In this document: piece after piece, positions 36,830-49,199 of the stretch
Numbering within the stretch: the first letter of the stretch is position 1
Layout of the letters: each line of letters opens with the position of its first letter
NCBI RefSeq assembly: GCF_902713615.1
Contig: NW_024056013.1
Coordinates: forward strand, 891,420-955,419
DNA: 64,000 bases
Direction of reading: 5' to 3'
DNA from: Scyliorhinus canicula
Taxonomy: Eukaryota
Program-made: the position numbers and the translations under genes
Notes under the pieces: model-generated
What the model saw: the letters and a program-made list of their open reading frames with translations, nothing else
What the model was told of the DNA's origin: nothing
The model's database searches: none

Positions 36830-38150
36830 CACAAACACTGCACATTCATGCACATAGACCCACAGACACTACACGTTCATGCATATAGACCCACAAACAT
36901 ACACACACTCACACGTAGACACAAACACACACATGGACACACACATAGAAACGCATGCATAAACATATACCCAGGCACAACGAACCACACATATTTTGAC
37001 ACAAAAACATACGCAAACGTGCGCAAAAATTCACAAACATGCACATAAACACAAACAAGCCCACATTTATACAGAGACAGGCACACGTACACATCCACAC
37101 ACACACACACAAATCCACACACACAAGTGGCTACACAAATGTACACAAACAGCCACATGGCCACACAGATACACAAACATATAAAACCAGACAAGCAGGC
37201 TGACAGAAGAATATTAAACACAAATGTAACCAATAACATGTACATTAGCAGAATTTCACGATGCCAGAAATATTTCCATTCAGAGACAATAATCCACATT
37301 AACACACTAATGGGCTCGCGCAGACACATAATAGCAGACTTGTACACACGCTAACACAAACACATATGAATAAACATAGAATCATCAATACACATCAATA
37401 GATAGTTATAAACAGCCATCAACGCATAAATAGCATTGCTGCCTCACAGCACCATAAACCCGGGTTCAATTCCAGCCTTGGGTGATTGTCTGTGTGGAGT
37501 TCCCACGTTCTGCCGGGTCTGTTCCTGTTTCCTCCGGGTGCTCCAGTTTCCTCCCACAGTCCAAAGATGTGCAGGTTCGGTGGATTGGCCAGGCTGTATT
37601 ACCCCTTAGTGCCCACAACGTTAGGTGGGGTTACGATGTTCTGGGGACAGGGCAGGGGCATGCGTCCAGGCAGAGTGCTCTTTCGGAGGGTCGGTGCAGA
37701 CTCAATGGGCCGAATAGCCTCGTTCGGCACAGTAGGGATTATCCGATGATGATTCTATGATGAAATACAGGCATCAACAAACACACACACACACAAACGT
37801 ACTTATCCAGACACAAACATTAAGACACTGACATGCATGTTGAACGTATAAAGACACATTAACACTTTTATTACTGGGCAGGGAAGTATAAACTTATATT
37901 AACACAGGCATTAATATATGAACATAGATTTCAACACACAAACACACACAATATATACACATTGACAGAAGATAAACAAAGTTCACATGCAGGCGCTGAC
38001 ACACAAATACACGGGTCAATACTCATTGACACATGAACACACACAATGACACTTATAAAGACATCGGGACGCACAAAAGAAGAGTAAAGCAAAAAACGAA
38101 TTTCGCATCTACACAGACACAAAAGATAAAGAACAAACACAAACGTCAGG
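36830..38150. repeat. Degenerate (CA)-rich tracts flanking a SINE
   Basis: Direct inspection. Confidence 0.8.
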
Positions 38151-38340
38151 CAATGGCGTCACGGTGGCATAGTGGTTAGCACTGCTGCCTCATGCCACCA
38201 TGGACCTGGGGTTGATCCCGCTCCTGGGTCTGTGTCCCTGTGGACCTTCCCCGTGACCCGTGGGTCTCACCCCCACCACCCAAAGATGTGCAGGGTAGGT
38301 GGATTGGCCAGGCTAACTTGCCTTTAATTGGAAGAAAAAA
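37430..38340 (+). mobile_element. Two HE1-like SINEs (about 37430-37755 and 38150-38340) in the Cmu4-TM1 intron
   Basis: Conserved SINE core sequence. Confidence 0.75.
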
Positions 38341-38506
38341 GTTACAGAGATCGATTTCCGAGTGTCATGAACTCAACAGTAGATATGCAATGACAAATAT
38401 ATTAAAGAATGAATTAGCAGCGGGAGAAAATGAAACGAGAATATTACAAAACATATCCTGGATTAACAAACAATCTGATTATATTTATTGGGCTGTATCC
38501 TCGTAG

Positions 38507-38634
38507 ATACCACAGACCACACCTGGACTGAAGACGATGAGGATGATAACGGGAACATCTGGACAACCGCTTCCACATTCATCACCCTGTTCTTCCTGAG
38601 CATTTCCTACAGCGCTGCAGTCACTCTGGTGAAG
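38507..38634 (+). CDS. IGHM: IgM TM1 exon (DTTDHTWTEDDEDDNGNIWTTASTFITLFFLSISYSAAVTLVK)
   Basis: Acidic spacer plus CART-type transmembrane motif; acceptor TCGTAG; donor GTGAGA at 38635. Confidence 0.95.
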
Positions 38635-38772
38635 GTGAGAAGAGTCAATCCACTCACACTTCAAACTGACAGAAGCCGTTTAAAACCCCTAAATGTTTGA
38701 TTGATTAAAAACTCTAACATCAATGTCCCAGATCATAAACATCTGCTTCATCATTTTCTCTCTCTTTTACAG

Positions 38773-38781
38773 ATCAAGTGA
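38773..38781 (+). CDS. IGHM: IgM TM2 exon (IK*), cytoplasmic tail KIK
   Basis: Polypyrimidine tract plus ACAG acceptor, then ATC AAG TGA. Confidence 0.88.
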   Translation: MK

Positions 38782-39160
38782 TGGGTTGACGTTCGGACGC
38801 TGTAGATTTCCCTCAGCTGTTTATTATGATCTGTGTGTGACACAAATACAATATCTCCTCTTGGTGACTCTAACAGTAAAATTCTCTCAGTTTATTATTC
38901 TGTATCTGTAACTGAGACAATCATGGACAGTATTTCTGCTTTTCAGTTTAAAATGTACAAGATAATTTTGGCAGTAATGTAATTGTAGCTCATAATTTCT
39001 CTCAATGTCATGTCTAAATAAGTAACTTACCTCGTAATTGAGCCCCTGTTCTCTCTCTCTTGTGCCTGTTACAGTTGTACATACATTTGGCAGCTCAGAG
39101 GGCATGTGTTCTGTTCTCACTGTGACCCTCAATCGTTATGTTCCGTTTTGTCAACATCAA

Positions 39161-39201
39161 AATAAACTTTTGTGTAATATTTTCTCTGAAATGTTAATAA
39201 A
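39161..39201 (+). terminator. Probable membrane-form poly(A) signals
   Basis: AATAAA at 39161 and 39196 downstream of TM2. Confidence 0.6.
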
Positions 39202-39699
39202 TATTGAATGAAAAATGAAGAAAATAAGACTAATCTGAACTCCTTTCTCTAAGGCCCATCGGCACCGCTCCATTTCCCCGATTATAAAGTTGTCTCCCCT
39301 TTCCCAGACAGATATTTCTCACCAGGCCTGTCTGGGATGTGTCTGAACTCAAGGCCCCTCAGTGAAAGAGCCACTGCGCCACCAAGCGGCCCATCCGGGT
39401 TAAGGCACCTTCACCTTTGCCTTTTTATGGTAAACTCTTGAGACAGAATAGAACATAGAACATAGAACAGTACAGCACAGAACAGGCCCTTCGGCCCTCG
39501 ATGTTGTGCCAAGCCATGATCACCCTACTCAAACCCACATGTATGTGTATGTGAATGATTTCACAGCTGAAGAATTCCACAGATTCACTACCCTCCGATG
39601 GAAGAAATGTCTCCTCACCTCTGTCCTAAATTTGAGATCCCTTCCTCTGAGATTATGCCCTCTGGTCTCAGACTCTCCCACAAGAGGAAACAAGATTGT

Positions 39700-39960
39700 T
39701 TTTCAGGCTGTGTAACTGGTTAAAGCTCTTTCCACAGTCAGTTCACTGGAACACTCCCACTCAGGTGTGTGTGGGTCTCGGGGCTTTTCCAGTCACACTG
39801 ATGTTTGAAATCTCTTCCCACAGTCCGAACAGACAAACACATTGACAGTTTGTGATATTTAGATCCTAATGAATTGAGTGACTGTCAGATCTTGATGTTA
39901 TATTTGGTTCGATTTGCCCAGCTGCCAATCCTCCCGTTCTAATGCCTGAAAAATAAGTTT
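39700..39960 (-). pseudogene. Decayed ZNF coding exon on the minus strand
   Basis: Reverse complement shows the CATCA.GATCTGACAGTCACTC pre-finger motif seen in ZNF A and B, then FVCSDCGKRF and TDCGKSFNQLHSLK with stops and frameshifts. Confidence 0.65.
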
Positions 39961-40379
39961 ATAAAAACGATCACTATAAGAATAGAATAGAAATTCACAA
40001 CAGATCATTCTAGTTTCTATCAAACCTTCTTTCGTCTCTTGCTTTCCCCAACCATGTGGTCCACTCAAAATAAAATACCAAAATCAGCTAGAAGCCCCAA
40101 CAAAAGTGTCACTGCCTGTGCGGAGTCTGCCCGTTCTCCCCGTGCCTGCGTGGGGTTTCCTCCAAGTGCTCCGGTTTCCTCCAACAGTCCAAAGATGTGC
40201 AAATTAGGTGGATTGGCCAGGCTAAATTGCCCTTATGTTAGATGGGGTCGATGGGTTACAGGGATAGTGTGGAGATGCTCTTTCCAAGAGCCAGTGCAGA
40301 CTCGATGGGCCGAACGGCCGACTTCTGCACTGTAAATTCTATAATTGTATCTCGATGATTATTGAGTCAATCCGCGAGT

Positions 40380-40780
40380 CAGCCTGAAATCTGCCTCACA
40401 ATGCTCGGGTGATTGACGGCAGCCCCGGACCAATAGGAAGAGGAGGGGCGGGACTGCGGACCGACCGGAAGCAGCTAGTCCTCCAACCAATCGGAGTGAA
40501 TGAGGGGCGGGCCCGCTGTGATTGAAGCATGCGCAGTGTGTGTAATGGCGATGTAGGAGGACGTGTTTTTCAGATCGGAAATCGGTGAGAGGACTTTAAC
40601 AACATGGAGGGAGCGAGAGATCGTGGGGGCGGGCGGAAACGTTGTGTAAAGTTGTTGAAATCGCAAACATCGGAAAGGTTTCCGGGACCCCGTTTGTACC
40701 GAGCGGAACTGCAGCTCCTCACGTTCGGCTCGGGTTAACGGCCGCCATCTTTATTGGATGTAAATCAGGGCGCATGCGTG
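40380..40780. promoter_or_regulatory. CpG-rich, probably bidirectional promoter of the ZNF cluster
   Basis: Two CCAAT boxes, GGGGCGGG boxes, CCGGAAG, GCATGCGCA and GCGCATGCG (NRF1-like), CCGCCATCTT (YY1-like); donor GTGAGA at 40585. Confidence 0.7.
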
Positions 40781-41040
40781 TTTGTCATCTTTGTCGGGGC
40801 GATGTTTCAATGAGTGGGAGGAGCTTGTTCCCCATTGTTCAGAATGGAGACAACTTGTCCATCAAACTGGATTCGTCTTTGAGTCCCAATGTCTTATTGA
40901 TGATGCAAAGCAATGGCAGAGATGGAAAGAAATGGAAGCCAATCCTGCTCTCTGGATTTCACTCTCATTAGACATTCTGTCCAAAACTCTGCGGCTCTGT
41001 TCAGCCATGTGAAGACCCAGGATAGAAATTCACAATCAAT

Positions 41041-41080
41041 GGGCTTTGACAAAGAGTCATCGGACTCGAAACGTTAGCTC
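41041..41080 (+). ncRNA. Minimal type-I hammerhead ribozyme motif (U3-A8 core variant) in a Penelope terminal fragment
   Basis: GGGCT | TTGACAA | A | GAGTC-ATCG-GACTC | GAAA | CGT | T | AGCTC: stems I and II pair; palindromic ACGT stem III. Confidence 0.6.
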
Positions 41081-42541
41081 TTTTCTATCTCTACAGATGC
41101 TGCCAGACTTGCTGAGATTTTCCAGCATTTTCCCTTTCGATAGAAATTTACAACCCTGAGTAGACGTCACCCACAAATCGAGGGACTGATTCATAGAATT
41201 TGCAGTGCAGAAGGAGGCCATTGGGCCCATCGTGTCTGCACTGGCTTTTGGAAAGAGCACCCGACCCAAGCCCACACCTCCACCCTATCTCAGTAACCCC
41301 ACTCAACTCTAAGGGCAATTTTGGATACTTAAGGGCAATTTAGCTTCACAGCTCCAGGGTCCCAGGTTCGATTCCCGGCTTGGGTCACTTGTTTGTGTGG
41401 AGTCTGCACGTTCTCCCCGTGTGTGCGTGGGTTTCCTCTGGGTGCTCCGGTTTCCCCCCACGTCCAAAGATATGCAGGTTAGGTGGATTGGCCATGCTAT
41501 ATTGCCCTTAGTGTCCAAAATTGCCCATAGTCTTGGGTGGGGTTACTGGGTTATGGGGATAGGGTGGAGGTCTTGGGTAGGATGCTCTTTCCAAGAGCCG
41601 GTGCAGACTCGATGGGCCGAATGGCCTCCTTCTGCAATGTAAATTCTATGAAATTCTATGAAATACATGGGTTTCTGGAAAATCATTGGGACAGTAAAAA
41701 ATATTTTTGTGACTCTGGAACATGATTAGGACAGTAAAAATACTAATTTTGGGTCTCTGGAAAATCATGAGGACAGTAAAAAACAATTTTTGAACATTTC
41801 TCTTCTTTAGATATAAAAATATTGAAACTGGGATAAAGGTTGATTGACTGTCCTTTTTAAAATAAATTTAGAGTGCCCAATTCATTTTTTCCAATTCAGG
41901 AACAATTCCGTGTGTCCAATGCACCTAACCTGCACATCTTTGCGTTGTGGGGATGCAGCACGGTGGTGCAGTGGGTTAGACCTAATGCCTCACGGCACGA
42001 AGGTCCCAGGTTCGATCCCGGCTCTTGGTCACTGTCCGTGTGGAGTTTGCACATTCTCCCCGTGTTTGCATGGGTTTCACCACCACAACCCAAATATGTG
42101 CAAGGTAGGTGGATTGGCCATGCTAAATTGCCCCTTAATTGGAAAAAAAATGAATTGGTTACTTAAAAATTTTTTTTAAAAATCATTGGTTTGTGGGGGT
42201 GAAACCCACACAAACACGGGGAGAATGTGCAAACTTCGCACAGACAGTGACCCAGAACTGGGATCAAACCTGTGACCTCGGTGGTGTGAGACAGCAGTGC
42301 TAACCACTGCACCACCGTGCTGCCCTAGTCAAACACTGTCCTGTAAGGTAATGAGTCCTTTTGCTTCGCAATTGGCCGAGGAAGGCAGTGTGTCGCAAGG
42401 ATGGAAGTGTTGACCGATTAATGGCTGGAGGATGGTGGCAGGTCATGTGATCAAGCCTGCAGAAATACATTTAATCAAAGTCGGCAAGGAGAAAATGTTG
42501 TGAATTTCTATCCGAAACTGACAGTGAGGTTTCTGTAAATT

Positions 42542-42750
42542 TACAGGATACCGGAAGTGGAGGTTTAACAGACGGGAAACGCAAACCAAACGTCACATTG
42601 CGATCTGACAGAGTCACTCGATTCATCAGAACCAGAATTTAAGCAGCATCTGGGTGTGGAAGGTAAAAGGTTTGTCTGTTCTGTCTGTGAGGGAAGATTT
42701 CAGGTCTCAGTGTGACTGGAAAAGCCCTGAGATTCACAAACCCTGGTTAG
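42542..42750 (+). pseudogene. Decayed ZNF exon
   Basis: Acceptor TTTACAG, GATCTGACAGAGTCACTC motif, then FVCSVCEGRFQ with an early TGA; no further fingers. Confidence 0.6.
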
Positions 42751-43649
42751 ACCAAACCTGGAGAACTGTGTTCAGTCCTGAGGAAGGATAGAATGGCCTC
42801 CCCCGGGGTTGGGTTAAATTAAAAGGTGAGATTACACAAAAATGTCAGAGTCAGCTGGCAGCACGGTGGCGCAGTGAGTAGCATTGCTGCCTAACAGCAC
42901 CGAGGTCCCAGGTTTGATCCCGGCTCTGGGTCACTGTCCATGTGGAGTTTCCACATTGTTTGCATGGGTTTTGCCTCCAAAGCCCAAAGATGTGCAGGTT
43001 AGGTGGACTGACCACGCTAAATTGCCCTTTAATTGGAAAAAATGAATTCGGTACTCTAAATCTATTTTTAAAAATTAAAAAAAACAAAAATGTCAGTCAT
43101 TACGGGCAGAGAAGGGCATTCGGTCCATTGAGTCCATGCTAGCTCTCTGGTCGGCGAGGTGGTTAGCACTGTTGCTTCACAGCACCAGGGACCCAGGTTT
43201 GATTCCTGGCTTGGGTCACTGTCTGCGGTCTGTGCACGTTCTCCCCGTGTGTGTTGTGGGTTTCCTCCGGGTGCTGCGGTTTCCTTCCACAAGTCCCGAA
43301 AGACGTGCTTGTCCGGTTAATTGGATATTCTGAATTCTCGCTCTGTACCTGAACAGGTGCCGGAGTGTTACGACTTGGGGATTTTCACAGTAACGTCATT
43401 GCAGTGTTAATGTAAGCTTACATGTGACACTAATAAAGATTATTATTATCTGGAGCAATCCAGTCAGAGTCATTCTCCTGCTCTGTCTCTGTATCTTCAC
43501 AGGTTTATTTCTCTCAGGTTTCTATCCAATTTTTAAAAAAATAATTTATTGTGTCTATTTCCAAACACTGTCCTTGGCAGCAAGTTTAAGGTCATTGCCA
43601 CTGGCTGTGTAAAAACATTCTTCCTCATACCTCCTGGACCATTTACATG

Positions 43650-44010
43650 CACAGATACGGAGCAACGTAGAAAATAGAAGCAGGAGGAGACCATTTGGCC
43701 CTTCGAGCCTGCTCCACCATTCATTAAGATCAGAGCTGATTAGGCTCAATAGCCGAATCCCGCTTTCCCCCCATATCCTTTGATCCACTTCACCCTCAGT
43801 GCTGTATCTAACTACTTCTTGAAAACATGCAATGTTTTGGCCTCAATTAGTTCCTGTGGCGACAAATTCCATAGGCTCACCGCTCTCTGGTTGAAGAAAT
43901 GTCTCCTCATCTCTGTCCTAAATGGTCTACCCCGTATTCTCAGACTGTGACCGCTATTTCTGGACACCACTATCGGGAACATCCTTCCTGAATCTACTCT
44001 GTCTCACCCT
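43650..44010 (-). mobile_element. CR1 3' tail fragment
   Basis: Typical GGCCCTTCGAGCCTGCTCC tail reverse complement. Confidence 0.65.
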
Positions 44011-45856
44011 GTTTTTCTTTTAACATAAATTTAAAGTGACCAATTTTTTTTTGCAATTAAGGTGCAGTTTTAACGTGGCCAATCTACCTACCCTGCACAT
44101 CTTTGGATTTGTGGGGGTGAGACCCACGCAAACACAGGGAGAATGTGCAAACTCCACAAAGACCGTGACCCGGATTGAACCCGGGTCCTCGGCGCCATGA
44201 GGCAGCAGTGCTAACCACTGAGCCACCGTGCCACCCACTTTTTATAGGTTTCTATGAGATCCCCCTCATTCTTCTGAACTCCAGCGAATACAATCCAAAA
44301 CAATTCAACCTACCCTGCACATCTTTGAACTGTGGGAGGAAACCGGAGAACCCGGAGGAAACCCACACAAATACACGGAGAAAGTGCAAACTCCACACAG
44401 TCAGGGGGAGAATTGAACCCGGGTCCCTGGTGCTGTGAGGCAGCAGTGCTAAGCACTATGCCACCCCCTGTCTTGCAACCCTCAAGAGAAAAAAAATCCT
44501 TATCCCCATCTGAAATGGGTGACCCCTCACTTTGCAACAGTGACCCCCTTGTTCCAGATTCTCCCACAAGAGAAACATCCTCTCCACATCCACCCTGTCA
44601 AGACCCCTCAGGACCTCATATCGTTCAATCCAGGTTTTACCCAAAACTTTAAATCGGTGTCCCGGCTGCTTGTACGATCAGTGAATGGAAACAGAGTTTA
44701 TTTGTCCACCCGATGGAAATCTGGCATAATCTTGTGTCCCTGAATCAAATCTCCCCTCAACCTCCTTTACTGGAACCATTCTGGTAAATCTCCTCTGCAC
44801 CTTCTCCAAGAACCTTCCCATTCTTCCTGAAGAGTGGTGACCAGAGCTTTATAAAGATTCATAGAATAGAATTAGAACTGTAGAATTCCTGCAGTGCAAA
44901 AGGGGGACATTCATCCCATCAAGTCTGCACCGATTCTCTGAAAGGGCACCCTGCCTAGGCCCACACCCCTACCCTGTCCCTGGAACCCCATAGCCCCACC
45001 TAACCTGCACATCCCTGGACACTGAGGGGCAATTTATCAAGGCCAATCCAACTAACTTTCCCTTCTTTGGACTGTTAGAGGAAACCTGAGCACCGGGTGG
45101 AAACCCACACAGACATGGGGGGAAAGTGAAAACTCCACACAGACAGTCACCAAGGCCAGAATTGAACCCGGGTCCCTGGCGCTGTGAGGCAGCAGTGCTA
45201 ACTACCATTCCACCAGAAGCATAGTTTTGGTAACAATATTACTGTTTATGAAGCTCAAGATCGAATTTGCTTTGCCATCAACTCTCTTAATATGTCTTGT
45301 AGATATACAAATTCCCTCTTCACCTCTTTCTCTCTCCTCCCAAAGAGGCCAGTTGCATTTTTGTGACAATCCAGCCGTTTTCATGGTCACTTTTTCCCAG
45401 AACCGGCCCCACAAATGACCAGATTCATTCAGTTCAATTTCACAACCTGCTTTTGTGTTTTTCTAAAATAAATTTAGATTATCCAATTCATTTTTTCCAA
45501 TTAAGGGGCAATTTAGCGTGGCCAGTCCACCTATCCTGCACATATTTGGGTTGTGGGGGTGAAACCGATGCAAACACGGGGAGAATGTGCAAACTCCACA
45601 CGGACAGTGACCCGGGGCCAGGATCGAACCTGGGACCTCGGAGCCGTGAGGCAGCAGGGCTAACACACTGTGCCACCGTGCTGCCCGCCTTTGTGTTTTT
45701 CTGGGTTCTCTCTCACTCCCTATTTTCTGTTTTAAATCAGTTTCACAGGGTGTTCGAAGGGGAGGCTTCAAAGTCCAGAAACTCAAACCAAGCATCACAT
45801 CAGGATCTGACAGAGCCCTCAATTTATAATATCCTAAATATCAGCGGATTTTGATC

Positions 45857-47146
45857 ATGGAAGGAAAATGCATCGTTCACAGTGGGGAGAAACCGTACAC
45901 GTGTTGTGTGTGTGGACGAGGATTTAGTCAATCATCAGGCCTCACAAGCCACAAATTCAGTCACACAGAGGAGAAACCATGGAAATGTGGGGACTGTGGC
46001 AAAGGATTCACTTACCCATCCAGGCTGGAAACTCATCAATGCAGTCACACTGGGGAGAGACCATTCACTTGTTCCAAGTGTGGGAAGGGATTCACTCAGT
46101 CATCCACCCTGCTGAGTCACCAGCGAGTTCACACTGATGAGAGACCGTTTCAATGTCCAGATTGCGGGAAGTGCTATAAACGTTCTGGGGAACTAATGTG
46201 CCATCAACGTGTTCACACTGACGAGAAACCGTTTAGGTGCTCTGACTGCGGGACTGGGTTCAGACGATCAGCTGATCTCGCTGTACATCAGCAAATTCAT
46301 ACTGGGGAGAGGCCATTCGCCTGCTCCAAGTGTGGGAAGGGATTCATTCGGTCATCGGCCCTGCTGAGACACCAGAGAAGTCACATTGGGGAGAGATCGT
46401 TCACCTGCTCCGAGTGTGGGAAGGGATTCACTCACTCAACCAACCTGCTGAGTCACCAGCGAATTCACACTGGGGAGAGACCATTCACCTGCTCCAAGTG
46501 TGGGAAGGGTTTCACTGAGTCATCCACACTGCGGAAACACCAGCGAGTTCACACTGGGGAGAGAACATTCACCTGCCCCAAGTGTGGGAAGAGATTCAGT
46601 CACTCATCCAACCTGCTGATGCACCAGCGAGTTCACACTGGGGAGAGACCATTCACCTGCTTAGAGTGTGGGAAGGGTTTCACTAAGTCATCCCACCTGC
46701 TGAGTCACCAGATAATTCACACTGGGGAGAGGCCATTCACCTGCTCCGAGTGTGGAAAGGGATTCACTCAGTCATTCAACCTGGTGAGTCACCAGCGAGT
46801 TCACACTGGGGAGAGGCCATTCACCTGCTCAAAGTGTGGGAAGAGATTCAGTCACTCATCCAACCTGCTGAGTCACCAGCAAGTTCACACTGGGGAGAGG
46901 CCATTCACCTGCTCCAACTGTGGGAAGGGTTTCGCCACTTCATCCCACCTGCTGAGACACCAGCGAGTTCACACTGGGGAGAGACCATTCACCTGCTCCG
47001 AGTGTGGGAAGAGATTCACTCAGTCATCCAACCTGCTGAGTCACCAGCGGATTCACACTGGGGAGAGACCATTCACCTGCTTAGAGAGTGGGAAGGGATT
47101 CACTCAGTCATCCAACCTGCTGAGACACCAACGAAGCCACAAGTAA
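45857..47146 (+). CDS. C2H2 zinc-finger protein A, 15 tandem fingers (last has C->S), no KRAB seen
   Basis: Open frame from ATG 45857 with repeated CxxC...HxxxH and TGERPF linkers; acceptor near 45748. Confidence 0.9.
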   Translation: MEGKCIVHSGEKPYTCCVCGRGFSQSSGLTSHKFSHTEEKPWKCGDCGKGFTYPSRLETHQCSHTGERPFTCSKCGKGFTQSSTLLSHQRVHTDERPFQCPDCGKCYKRSGELMCHQRVHTDEKPFRCSDCGTGFRRSADLAVHQQIHTGERPFACSKCGKGFIRSSALLRHQRSHIGERSFTCSECGKGFTHSTNLLSHQRIHTGERPFTCSKCGKGFTESSTLRKHQRVHTGERTFTCPKCGKRFSHSSNLLMHQRVHTGERPFTCLECGKGFTKSSHLLSHQIIHTGERPFTCSECGKGFTQSFNLVSHQRVHTGERPFTCSKCGKRFSHSSNLLSHQQVHTGERPFTCSNCGKGFATSSHLLRHQRVHTGERPFTCSECGKRFTQSSNLLSHQRIHTGERPFTCLESGKGFTQSSNLLRHQRSHK

Positions 47147-49199
47147 CCACAGTGATTGGATTTTGCTGTTACTCACATTCAGGACTGAGCCATATTCATT
47201 TGGGTCTTTTCTGCTGATAACAAACTCCAGCCCATTTACAGGGGCTAATATTCTGGCTGAAAGTCAAATAAATTAGATTTGTGTTAAATACGCAGTGTGT
47301 TGAAACTTTTTAATATCTCTGACACAAGTTAGTTTCTTTTGAAGTACTCTCGCTCTCCCCATCTCTTCCATCCTCACCTCCAACAAGAAGTGTGAGGAGC
47401 TTGTGGAGCTTCTTTGTGACTGAGATTGAGTAAATCCGATCAGCTGCCTCTGCTGCATCCCTCACTTCCACGAGCCCACCGGACCAAAATGTCTCTAAAT
47501 TACATCCTTTCCCAAGCCCTGAACCCACATCTTTCTCTAGTTTCTCTCCCACCTTCTCTCCTGCCCTCTGAGAGCTCATCTTGTCCATGAGACCCAGCTC
47601 CTGGCCCATCGATCCTATTCCCACTGAGCTACTGATCAGCCAACTACCCTGTGTCCACGGATATTGTCAACATTTCTGTCTCTTCAGGTACTGTCCCTCG
47701 GAGAGAAGACAGATAATCCGGGAGCTTGGATGCAAGGGCGGCACGGTAGCACAGTGGGTAGCACCGTTGATTCACAGCACCTGGGGCCCGAGTTCGATAT
47801 CCGTCTTGGTCATTGTCTGTGCAGAGTCTGCAAGTTCTCCCCGTGCCTGCGTGGGTTTCTTTCGGGTGATCCGCTTTCCTCCCAGTCCAATGATGTGCAG
47901 GTTAGGTGGTTTGACTGTGCTAAATTGCCCTGAGTGTCCAAAAAGATTAGGTGGGGTTGCTGGGTTGTGGGGATAGGGTGGAGGCATGGGCTTAAGTAGA
48001 ATGCTCTTTCCCAGGGCTGGTACAGACTCAATGGACTGAATGGCCTCCTCCTGCACTGTAAATTCTCTGATTCTATGAGGTGAGATTGTCCTTTCTGAGC
48101 TCCAGCCAGGTGATACTAAACACTCAGGCGGGAAAGACAAAAATCTACAACGTGTTTAAAACAGCTGATTTATTTCACCAATATCCAGGATGTTAAACTC
48201 CAGTCTCTTCGAGGTTATTTTCATCAGAAACAAACTCCAACGATCAGAGTTAAAAACCTCAACGCTCTGGTACAGATAGATGCCATTTGGCCCATCGTGT
48301 GTGTGCTGGCTGCAGTGGAGCTATTCAGCTTAATCCTATTTTGCAGATCTCAGTCGATTGCACTGTATGTCCCAGTCCTTCAATTGGATATCCAAGAGGA
48401 TATTTCAATTGGATATTTCAAGAGAATTTGAAAGTGATCAGGATTTCTGCCTCTGTGACCCTATCGGACAGTGAGTTCTAGACTCCTACCACTGAAATGA
48501 TTTCCCCCTTCCACTCGCAATCTTCTGCTAATTACTTTAAATCTAAACCCCTTGGTTATTGATCTGTTAATGAAATAGATCCTTCTTATCCATTCTATCC
48601 GGGCCCCTCAGAATGTTAAATACCTCAGTTAATCTCTCCTCAGCGTTCTCTGTTCCATAGAAAACCACCTCGGCCTCTCCAATCTTTCCTCATTGTTAAA
48701 ATTCTCTATTTGCGTCGACATCCTGGTCAATCTCCTCTGCATTCTCTTTGGGATGAACACATCCTTCCTGTAATGTGGTGACCAGAACTGTACTCAGTAA
48801 TGTAGCTGTGGTTTAACTAGTGTTTTGGACAGCTCCAGTATAACCTCCCTGATCTTATAATGAAACACAGAAAATGCTGGAAATACTCAGCAGCTCTGGC
48901 AGCATCTGTGGAGAGATGGGTTTCAGGTCTTTCATCCAATAAAAATTGCCGGGAATATTCCCTGCTCTAGTATTCTGTCCCCATGAATAACAAAGCGTCC
49001 TCTCTGCCTTTCCAATCACCGTATCTACCTCTCCTGTCACCTTCAGGGATCTGTGGACATGCACTCTAAATGCCCCTTTGTCCCTCTCACCTCACTATCA
49101 ATCCATTCATATTCTTTCCCTTTGCCGTGTTTGTCCACCACAAATGTATTTATTATCCCGCGCTTCTCTGGATTGACCTGTTTGCTACTTTTCTGGCCC

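Larger units (their letters stand above)
16740..38781 (+). other. IGHM: Complete germline IgM heavy-chain cluster (L-V-D-J-Cmu1-Cmu2-Cmu3-Cmu4-sec-TM1-TM2), cartilaginous-fish minilocus type
   Basis: All exons found with GT/AG sites in compatible phases and no internal stops; RSS arrangement V23-12D12-23J. Confidence 0.95.
40105..48085. mobile_element. Dense field of HE1-like SINEs (40105-40345, 41170-41660, 41860-42326, 42855-43075, 44020-44470, 44865-45215, 45465-45690, 47725-48085)
   Basis: Repeated SINE core on both strands; further copies at 50915-51135(-) and 58925-59122(-). Confidence 0.75.

Noticed and set aside
41955-42030. tRNA-like A/B boxes here and at many other sites
   Set aside because: They are SINE heads followed by SINE bodies, not tRNA genes
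46330-47217. Alternative-frame ORFs within ZNF A (and similar ones in ZNF B)
   Set aside because: Shadow frames of the 84-nt finger repeat
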